Positions 52,345-62,147 of a DNA stretch of 64,000 bases are shown piece by piece; positions within the stretch are counted from its first letter, which is position 1, and every line of letters starts with the position of its first letter. A program made the position numbers and the translations under genes. Source of the stretch: Ascidiella aspersa (lineage: Eukaryota); assembly GCA_963924565.1 (NCBI GenBank), contig OZ004611.1, positions 24,552,001-24,616,000 of the forward strand. Reading direction: 5' to 3'. The notes under the pieces were generated by a model. That model was not told where the DNA came from and did no database searches. It was given only the letters and a program-made list of their open reading frames with translations.

Positions 52345-52878
52345 TGTTGCGGTCTTGCAACATCTTTAGCCGTTAGTAATTACTTAAGGAATACTAAATT
52401 AACACATTCAGTACCCAATGGGTTTTAAACATTCGTTCATTTCATAGGCGCCGGTTACCACGATATTACCTCGCGAATCTGTGTATGACTATAGCATGTG
52501 AGGTCACGCGAGGATTGTGAAATTTAAGCAAAATGGTTTGATTATGTTTCGTTATTGTTTCAGTAGTGATAAGTTTTTGTTCGAGAATGTTATAGATTGT
52601 TAGTGTTTTGTCTTTTTGTATTGATGCGGTTTTGAAGATATATTCTATGATAGGTAAAGTGTTATGTAAAATTATTTGATTAGTTGTTGATTGTTCAGTT
52701 GCTAATGTATGTAAATTATCGTTATTTGCAAGCTCGTTGTTGTGTGAATAATTAATAATGCTAATTACCTTTTTTGGTATTTTTGAGAATCAGGCAGATA
52801 TTCTTACTAAGGCAGAACATTAGCGCTGAGATACAAATTATCAGAGCTCACGCTAAATTGTTGTTACAAGTCGTAAAA
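52345..52878 (+). repeat. 5' LTR
   Basis: TGTTGCGGTC...GTCGTAAAA; matches 59594-60127 with 2 substitutions seen. Confidence 0.95.
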
Positions 52879-52879
52879 T

Positions 52880-52897
52880 TGGTCCTCGAGTGACTTG
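52880..52897 (+). promoter_or_regulatory. Primer-binding site
   Basis: TGGTCCTCGAG begins 1 nt after the 5' LTR. It resembles the tRNA-Tyr PBS TGGTCCTTCGAG with one T missing. Confidence 0.6.
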
Positions 52898-52972
52898 ACG
52901 TTTTTGTTCTGCTAAGGTAATATTTGTAATAATACATTATAATATATATATTTTTGTTTAAATTTGATAATT

Positions 52973-54720
52973 ATGCAGTCAGCAAAGAAAGTTTTAACGC
53001 ACCTAACGGATAAAATTTTGGACGTCGATGACGATATTGTAGGCACATCGCCCAATGAGAACGATTTAACTACGCTAGCACAGGAGCGGTTGGCAGCTAT
53101 TGACCGTTTGAATGCAGAAATATTAGAACTTCGGCTGTCTAATACTCAACACCTCAATGCTTTAGATCTCTCTCGACATAACACACGTCAGTTGAAAGAA
53201 CAACTTCGCATAGATCATCAGGCACACTCGTTAGCGATAAAGCAAAAGGAGACTGACGTGAAACAACTAGAGAAAATGATAAAAAGGATGATCGCGTTAG
53301 ATCAGTGGCGTTGTCAGCTTTAGCAAAACGGCCAGCAACCGCTGCTATCCTACAGGAAATTCAAACAACCGTTTCTGAAGCAGCACCCCCGTATACGTCC
53401 CAAATTTATCCCGAACTGCCTACCAGCAGTGCGAATACCGCTCACACAATATTAATCACCGAAAATAATCCGCCTGATAGTGCAACAACCCCTTCTACAA
53501 GCAGAGCTCATTTTGATACAACTTTGCCTTCCTCGTCTGCATACACACCCATTTATTCTCGTGAAATCCCTGAGCCGCGAGGTTTGTTTTCTAGCAGTGA
53601 CGAGCCTCAGACGTTAACCCTTGACAACTCGGTTAGAAAAAAGGTTGATTTAGCACAATTAGTACGCTGTGTACCGGGACAGGAAAAGATTTGGTTTGAA
53701 TTAAATACTAGCAATCTGCAGAAACATGGTTTGACGACACAAAACATTTTAACGACCCTACTTGCAACGACTGATTTACACGCAGACCTAAGGAATTATT
53801 TACAAGCTTTAATCGTAAATGCAAATATGAATGCTGATCAGAAACTAAGAATCTTGGGAGTATACATAAAAGAAACATACACTAAAACTAAATTGGCCAC
53901 AATGCAGGGGCTTAGAAAACAACTTGAGAGCATTAAATTAGATAATACCTTCATTTCTCCTTTGCAGGCCATCAGCACTATTTTTGCACAGCAAGGTTTG
54001 GTATTGGATGGACGGGCGACCGATGATCCTCATATACAATTAGTTCAGGAAATTTTGTTACAAAAATTACCAACCACTATTGCTTTACAGATCGAAGGAA
54101 AATCTTGGTTTGAAACTCGGAAGATATTAAGTCGCTTGCATAATATCTCACAGGCAAAAACAACGGACAAGCCTACGGATCTAGTAATGTATAGCCATCC
54201 GACTGACAATATGCCTGTTTCTAATCCAACAAAACCTTTTGACTTAGATTCTATAACTAGTGATATGAGTGAATTGCGTGCTTTAATACTACAAAAATCG
54301 GAAAACGAGCAACCACTAAATAATAAAATATGTCTTCCATCTTCACAGGAGCAGCAAGAGATCCATAAGTATTCGGTCTTTCACATTTGCTCGGAACATG
54401 GCCATTTAGCACCTGACTGTGACATAACAAGGATTATGCACAAAAAGGGCTGGAAGGTAACACGTGACCCATCGGCAAATCTTGCTTCGATTGACCCTTC
54501 CATTCCAAAATGTCTTCGAGGACGAAACTTCAGAATGCCCTGGACTCAATTTCGTGGAAATGACAGGTTCAATTATCCGCAACAGGACCGCAATGATAGA
54601 GGTAGGAACGATTTTTACCATTCCACCCGACATGCAACGCCACCACAGGCTTTCCGTGCCAATTCTAATCGCTTTCAAAAAAACAAATTTCGGGTGCTGC
54701 CAAGTCCTTGCCAGCTTTAA
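52973..54720 (+). pseudogene. gag: gag-like gene, frameshifted at about 53310
   Basis: ORFs 52973-53323 (coiled-coil-like) and 53305-54720 (P/S/T-rich linker, helical region, degenerate knuckle F-x2-C-x4-H-x4-C, basic tail). It lies between the PBS and the protease. Confidence 0.75.
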
Positions 54721-57700
54721 GCCCCCAGGCAGTGTTTTTACCTAATGACTATCCTATTTTAGCATCTGTTAACAGTACTAATCTGCATTTATTTGTAACT
54801 GATGAGGTCACTTGCCAACCATTTTTATTGGACACGGGTGCATCTTCCAATATCGTACATTCTTCTGCATTAGGTTCTACGAGTGAAGTATTACAATCTA
54901 ATTCGACATTTAACACATTAAATGGGTCGATTGCTCCAATTGCTTCCCAAGGAAAAGTAAATCTATCAATAAATATTTCAGGCCAATCACGCAGTTTGCA
55001 GTTTGAAGTTTTAGATTGCACGCCATGCAACATAATAGGGTTGCCTGATATAATGAAATATGATCTATTGCCGGAAAGCAGTCTGGCAATACATGGCACG
55101 CACCAGGAAGCGGCCCACGTATTAACAATTTTGCGCTCAGCTGACAAAGGACTTTCTAATAACAACATTTCGTATGATCAGGCCTGCAGAATTGCTAACT
55201 CTCAACAGCCTCGAACTAAAGTTGAAACGCCTGCGAAGACTTTGATTTCACCAAATAAAATTGATCCAATAATTGATTGATCCAATAAATCGTCATCCGG
55301 TTTTCTTAGTAAAAAAAAAGCCAAGTGGATTTCGAGTGGTGGTTGATTTTAAAAAGTTAAACTCTTTGATGACGACAGACGATTACAATTTGCCGAGAAT
55401 GGATTCTGTGTCGAAGTACATCCAAGGTAAAAAGTTTTTTTCTTCAATTGATTTATGTAAGGCTTTTCACCACGTTCCGGTGAGTCCAGAGTCTCGTAAT
55501 TACCTTGGCCTTGCCACTGAGTTCGGGACGATGGCCTGGTCACGATCTCCGATGGGCATTAGAAATGCGGCCCGAGTTTATCAAGCAAATATGGACGTTA
55601 TAGCTAAAGAAATATTAACTAACTATAATGAATGGCGCACCAATCAGGGCATGCAACCCGTCGCGGAAGCTGTAAAAACCTATATAGATGACATATTAAT
55701 TTCGACGGCAACCGAAGAAGAACATTTAATTTTAATCGATTTAACCTTTAAGATGTTATCCCATTACAATTTGACTGTAAACAAGGACAAATGCAATTTT
55801 GGAAAAGATCGCGTAACCTTTTTGGGCCACATCGTTTCTGCTGAAGGTGAACAGCCGCTGCTTTCACGACTACAGGGTTTAAATGACCAACCTTTGCCGC
55901 GCACGATAAACGATTTACGCAAATGGCTTGGTGTGGTGCGATATGAAAAACGTCACGTTCCTCACTTAGCAGAATTAACAGTTTCACTAGATCAAATCGG
56001 CAAGAATGTCAGCGCGAAGGAATCATCTAAAACAATGATTCAGTGGACACGCGAACTTTCAGAAGCGTTCCTCTTGACACGTGAAGCCATGTTAAATTCA
56101 GCGACCCTGCGTTCTTATGACCCAAGCCGCCTTTTGCAAATTGCAACTGATGCATCTGGCCTTGCAGCAGGAGCAGTTCTTTTTCAATTGTCCGCAACAA
56201 ACAAAATTGAACCGCTGGGGTATTTCAGTCGCGCTTTTAACTCTGCTCAACAGCGCTATTCGACATTCGTACGCGAACTGCTTGCCTTACGTTTAGGTTT
56301 GCAATATTTTCGAACGTACCTTGAGTCCAACACTTTCATAATCCATACCGATCACGCCCCCTTAATGAAGGCTCTACAAGGAGGCAACACGCCTCTTAAA
56401 GGATTGTCAGCGGGACTGGTTAGGTCAAATCCTTGAATTCAGTTTTGAAATAAAGCATGTAAAAGGGTGTGACAACATAATTGCTGATTATTTCAGTCGT
56501 GAGGGCTGCAACACGTCTAACGCATCTCAGAAGACATTTTTATACTTTGCAAAAACCCAGTTTCCCCCCTCTCTGTCTATAAACCGCTTGCATAATCTAC
56601 AACTAGAAGCATTCTGTCAATGCAAAAGCAACCAATGTGCTAAACGCCACGTCAAACCGTCTCAAATAACTGATCTACCTAAAGGGCCGTTGATAATGTG
56701 CGACGAGCCAGGTTTACTTGACCGTGTTTTGTTACCTACAGAACCTTCACAGCGTTTTGTGTTTGATTCGTATCATGGCTATACCCATCACGGCCCGAGC
56801 ATAACTTGGAATGCTTTGCGACAGATTTATCATGGTCCCCATTTTCGCAAAAACATATTGCGTTGGTCTAACGATTGTCAGGTTTGCATAAAAAACCGTC
56901 CGAAACGCTTAGAAGAGGTACCGTTAAAACCATTTCAATATCCAAGTGGAAGATTGCGCACTGTTCATATGGACGTTTTTGCATTACCTCCATCAACTAC
57001 CAACCCTTCCTATACCAAACTTCTCACAATGATCGACCGCGACAGTTCTTATGTAGTTCTTGCGCCCCCTTTACATGAAACCGCCAGTCAAATCATCGAT
57101 GCATTTCGCAAATTCTGGCTCGCCTATTTTTCCGCGCCTGAAGTTCTAGTGTCTGACAATGGCCCCAACTTCCGGTCAAATGAATTTCGTTCTTTCTGCT
57201 CTGATAGCAATATCGAACATCGTTTGTGTACACCTTACAACCCCCGCGCAAATGGAAAAATTGAACGCATGCATCGCTCTCTACGTGATCTAATTTCTGC
57301 TCAGCCGTATAAAGAAGCGTGGTTACAATATCTAGCGTGGTTACAACTTTCCATAAATTCTATGTGGCGCGAACAAATGAACACTTCATCTTTTCAGTCC
57401 CTTTTTGGAATAACGCCACGCACTCCTGTTCATGTGACTGCACCGCTTTTGTCCAGTTTTCCTCCTGAGCACACTGGAAGTGCTCCGGGTCTGATACATA
57501 GTCGACTGCCTCAGAAATCTGTAAGTGACGCTGCCCCATCTCGTTGGGAAGACGCCACTCATGCCTTTTTGCCTGTTCGTTCGCGCGGAAATAAAATAGC
57601 ACCTGTAAGGGAAGGTCCTTTCCGCATTGTACGTTTGACGCGCACCAATGTAACTGTCGATTTGTCGCAAAATGAATTGCGCACGATTCCGCGTGATCAG

Positions 57701-57781
57701 GCATATCACTCCACACGAGTATGCAAAGGAATGCACTTGCACCCGTGTGGAACGACAAGTAACTCTTTGCATAGGAACTAA
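54684..57781 (+). pseudogene. pol: pol: aspartic protease, reverse transcriptase, RNase H and integrase, with 2 frame breaks
   Basis: PR LLDTGAS...IIG (54708-55280); RT RVVVDFKKLN, IDLCKAFH, PMGIRNA, YIDD, FLGH; RH TDAS, RELLA, TDH, continuing in the next frame as NIIADYFSR; IN HHCC, VHMD, SDNG, GKIER, GPF (56588-57781). Confidence 0.95.
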
Positions 57782-59579
57782 TGAAATACGCGTACCATCA
57801 TTACGTAACACCTGGGTAAAATTTCGATATTCATTGCCAGCTGACAAACTACCATCTCTCTACGTTAATTCGTTCACCTTATTATCTTTGTTTTTAACAA
57901 CTTTACTCGAAAAGTTTGTACGGATAAAAGCGGTAGTAACGGTTGGGTCTGCCTCTTACCTAACTAGAAATACGTCGATTGACGATTTCGTTTACTCTGT
58001 AATTCCTAATATTTGTGACACTCATCTCACAACCCGATTACAGGTTTTAAATGACGCAGAACCTTGCAGCACAGCAGGTTGTGTTGGTGCCCTTCGCCTT
58101 TCAATCCCTGTTGGCACGATAGGTCATTATAGGACAAATGTACGCGTACATGACGACGATAATAATGTGCCCGGATGTTCAGAGCCTTATCTCAGTTTTT
58201 GGTCGACCACCCAACAGATTGGCACCATTTACCGAAAACCAAAAACTGCCCCTCGCATCTTTGTAAACATATCGCTATTTGAACCTCGTTTTTCTCACTT
58301 TTCGTCTAATGAATTAATTGTTACTATACAACAACGGGGTAATTTAAACGCTCGTCTCCTTGATTTATTTTTGTTAGCTTATCCACAAGAATGGTTTCCC
58401 AATAACACCATAATAACGAACCGTAAAGCTTCCTTTCCTGTTCGTTAGCTACGGACCGCGCATGTCTAAAAAAAAGTCGCGCCCCTTCATGTCGTTTAGC
58501 AACTGGTTCTCCAAGGGTCGCCATAGCACATAAAATAACCCTTGCCCCTTTTTGGCAATGCAAGTAATATTCCAGTAGCTCCCGTACGTTTTAGACCGAC
58601 TCACTTTCGTACAAAGCGTTTTCTTTTTATGTCTTTGATTGCTTGTTTGTTTTCCGAGGCAACGATTCACTATGAAATGCACAAATTTAAAACAGAACTG
58701 AATTCTAGGCTAAATACCCTCCAAAAACAAATAGACCAAAAATTCACGGCTACTGAACTCCAGATCCAAAGCATGGCTTCTTCCTTACAACAAACAAGTT
58801 TTGCAGTTGAAGATTTACACGACGGGACAGAAGCACTCGCCCGCGACTTGCGAAACTTTGAACAAATGCAACTTTCCGAAGACCGTCAATTACTCCGCCT
58901 AATACAACAAAACCGTCTCCTTGGGCTACAAAACCAACGTGAGCAACTTGAGGCGTCTCAAATTTCTCTCGCCACTTCCACCGCTGAACGTGATTTGCTC
59001 CGTGCCTGCCTTCGTTCACTACACACCCTTGGAAACCTCACCCGGGATAACACTTCGGTTTATTCCTTCACCTTATCAAAAGGCATTCTAAGACTTTCTC
59101 GCCTTGCAAAAATTGAGTCTATGGAAGCCTCCAACACTTCCGATACGAACTTCACCGGAATAAGCGCGATCCTTCACCGACAAGACACAAACATCTCTAA
59201 GACACTTGAAGAAGACATCGCACGTCTCGACAACACAAGTATGAATCTAACGTTCACCTTTCGTCCTTTGGTTTTCACTGAGGATAGCCACCTATTCAAC
59301 TTCTCGCATGACGATTTTTTTGCCGATGCTGGTGCAGGACTCAACTCAATCGAAGGCGTCCTTGACACAGGACTAAACGACGTAAGGGACGTCGTTGACA
59401 ACACAGTAGATGACGCCACCGGACTTTTAGGCCAACCCCTTTTAATGGTTGCAATCATCGGAAGTTCGGCGCTAGCAGCATTTTTACTTCTCATCGGCGG
59501 ATGCTACGCATGGAATCGTTTTCGTCACAGTCAAGACAATGGCAAACACCGACAAGGAATTGCGTTATCAACTCTCTAA
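57672..59579 (+). pseudogene. env: env-like envelope/fusion glycoprotein gene, interrupted around 58430-58560
   Basis: ORF 57672-58448 has a hydrophobic signal-like stretch, Cys residues and sequons. ORF 58542-59579 has RTKR followed by FLFMSLIACLF, a long heptad repeat, 8 NxS/T sequons after the cleavage site, the TM helix LLMVAIIGSSALAAFLLLIGGCYAW and a short tail. Its stop codon abuts the PPT. Confidence 0.8.
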
Positions 59580-59593
59580 AAAGGGGGGAAGCA
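59578..59593 (+). promoter_or_regulatory. Polypurine tract
   Basis: AAAAAGGGGGGAAGCA directly before the 3' LTR. Confidence 0.85.
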
Positions 59594-60127
59594 TGTTGCG
59601 GTCTTGCAACATCTTTAGCCGTTAGTAATTACTTAAGGAATACTAAATTAACACATTCAGTACCCAATGGGTTTTAAACATTCGTGCATTTCATAGGCGC
59701 CGGTTACCACGATATTACCTCGCGAATCTGTGTATGACTATAGCATGTGAGGTCACGCGAGGATTGTGAAATTTAAGCAAAATGGTTTGATTATGTTTCG
59801 TTATTGTTTCAGTAGTGATAAGTTTTTGTTCGAGAATGTTATAGATTGTTAGTGTTTTGTCTTTTTGTATTGATGCGGTTTTGAAGATATATTCTATGAT
59901 AGGTAAAGTGTTATGTAAAATTATTTGATTAGTTGTTGATTGTTCAGTTGCTAATGTATGTAAATTATCGTTATTTGCAAGCTCGTTGTTGTGTGAATAA
60001 TTAATAATGCTAATTACCTTTTTTGGTATTTTTGAGAATCAGGCAGATATTCTTACTAAGGCAGAACATTAGCGCTAAGATACAAATTATCAGAGCTCAC
60101 GCTAAATTGTTGTTACAAGTCGTAAAA
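59594..60127 (+). repeat. 3' LTR
   Basis: 534-bp direct repeat of 52345-52878. Confidence 0.95.
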
Positions 60128-61508
60128 ATAGTGTTGCTTTCTTTGCCAGAAATTACTCAAATATTCTGGATGCCCGATTTGCTAAAACTATCGAAAGTTA
60201 AATATTCGGCACATTTCTTTTTCAACAAATTGTTTGCTTGGCATGAAGTTATATTTAGATCGATTTTTTTAACTTGACGCTCGATGTCGCCTGTCTTTTT
60301 ATTTTTCATCGAATGGCCTGCATTATCTTTGCTTTGTAAAGAAGTTTCAAATTGAATATTTTGCTACTAATACTTTTTTCATATAGCACTCTTTATAGTA
60401 ATCTATCATCATGTCTGTTTACTCGTTTTCGAATCACATTTCCTGAGAACAAAACTTGTGCACTTTCGTCTATTTATGCTATAACCGACCTAATTTTATT
60501 TTCACGTTTAAGCACAAATACATTTTTGGTTTAGCTCTATATTATGATCAAACTTTATAGTTTCATGTAATTGAATCATTTAACATCCATTATAAGCGTT
60601 ATTTGCTCACTGCATTTGCTGAAATGAAAATGTTAGGACTGAAATGTTAAGTTCTCTCTTAAACTAAAAAGAGCCCTTGAAACAAACTCTTAGTGCACCA
60701 TTAACAATGCGAGAATAAATGAATGACATCGTTGCAATATAAACCAGGTGTAAACGCAATTAAACGGCACCAATGGATAAATAGAGTATATGTCCATTTT
60801 ATCCACACTGCACAAAGCCAGGAAATCATTAATTGCGGGCTACAGTGGCATAAATGGAAAACGATTCAACCGCAATTGCGTATGAATTTTTAAACTGAAA
60901 ACAAAAGATATACAACAATACGTTTCTTAATACATAAAGGTTAAACGTATACACTGGTCATTATTTTAGAGTAAAATGTCATGGCTTTTTGATACTAATT
61001 GAATTGAATTCGGTTGATTTTACAGTTTTACTAATCGCAAGCAAAGTGCCACGAACATAATGGATCAAGGTTTAGTTAGACGAAGCAGTGTTGAAAATCA
61101 ATAAAAATATATCCAAAATGTTTAAAATGGTAACTATTGTGTTTGGGTTTGATATTCCTATACTAGGATGCCAAATGGTTAGAATGCTTTTTACTAAAAG
61201 ACAAGAACACATAAAATTAAAAAAATCCGCGTTTGACGTACAACTTAAAAATCTGCGTTTGGAACTACATGAACCGAAAAGCATTACTATAGCTGAAACG
61301 CCCACATAAATAACGTTAACCCACAGTTGTTCCCATTTAGAGTAAAACCATCATTTTTTGGAACTTAAAAAATACACACTTGCATAATACATTTTCAGGA
61401 TACAACTTAACACAGCGGACGACTGAGAAAAAACGAATGTTACGTAAATTAGGCCGTGGGCGACTCGACTATTAGCCTATATTGCATCATCTACAGTACA
61501 AATTAAAG

Positions 61509-62130
61509 CAGGGTCTGTAGAGCCGCAGTCGGACTCGAGACTATTTTGGACTGGGAGTAGAGAAAGACTCTTATAGACTCTTATAGTGCGCTTGTGCAGT
61601 AAGTTTGGAATCGATAAGATCGCAACTGCAAGTTGGAATGGTTAGATAACACATGGTGGAAGATTTTTCAACAACAAATTGTGGTGCTGTTGAGTTCAAG
61701 ACACCCTATGAGCGGATTACTGTATGTTCGCCTTATTTTTAGGGGGATAAGTAGCACATAGGACCATAGAGTCGGTTTCGGATTTGGGACTCGGCGGAAT
61801 CGTTAAATTTGGATCGAGTCGGACTCGGGATCATTTTTATGTTTTCGGTCAACGTCGGATTTGGGATTCATTGAACCGACTCCGCAGCCGGCTTTAAAGC
61901 AGGGTTCGGAGTCGGACTCGAGACTCGACATATTTGGTTTGTTTAGCTAGAGTCGGACTCGAAACTCGGGACTCGAGTAAGACATTACCAAAATTTCAAA
62001 CCAATAAGGCAGCCAAATGTAAAGGTGTACGAAAATCGCACATTTTGCCGGAGTCGAACTCGGGACTCGGAATCTGGTATTTGTTTTGTCCGGAGTCCGA
62101 CTGTTATTTTAAACCGACTCCACAGTCTTG
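61509..62130. mobile_element. MITE of the GGAGTCGGACTC family (copy 2, duplicated with the segment)
   Basis: Paralog of 43883-44520. Confidence 0.7.
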
Positions 62131-62147
62131 CTGCAAGGTATCAGCTT

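Larger units (their letters stand above)
52345..60127 (+). mobile_element. Full-length Ty3/gypsy LTR retrotransposon with an env-like third gene, 7783 bp, ORFs disrupted
   Basis: Two 534-bp direct LTRs, 5-bp TSD ATAGT (52340-52344 and 60128-60132), PBS and PPT, and domain order gag-PR-RT-RH-IN-env. The matching empty site is visible in the paralogous segment at about 42500. Confidence 0.96.

Noticed and set aside
52345-60127. Classification as BEL/Pao because of the 5-bp TSD and tRNA-Tyr-like PBS
   Set aside because: The RT and RNase H motifs (RVVVDFKKLN, TDAS, TDH, ADYFSR), the single knuckle and the GPF integrase tail are Ty3/gypsy-type.
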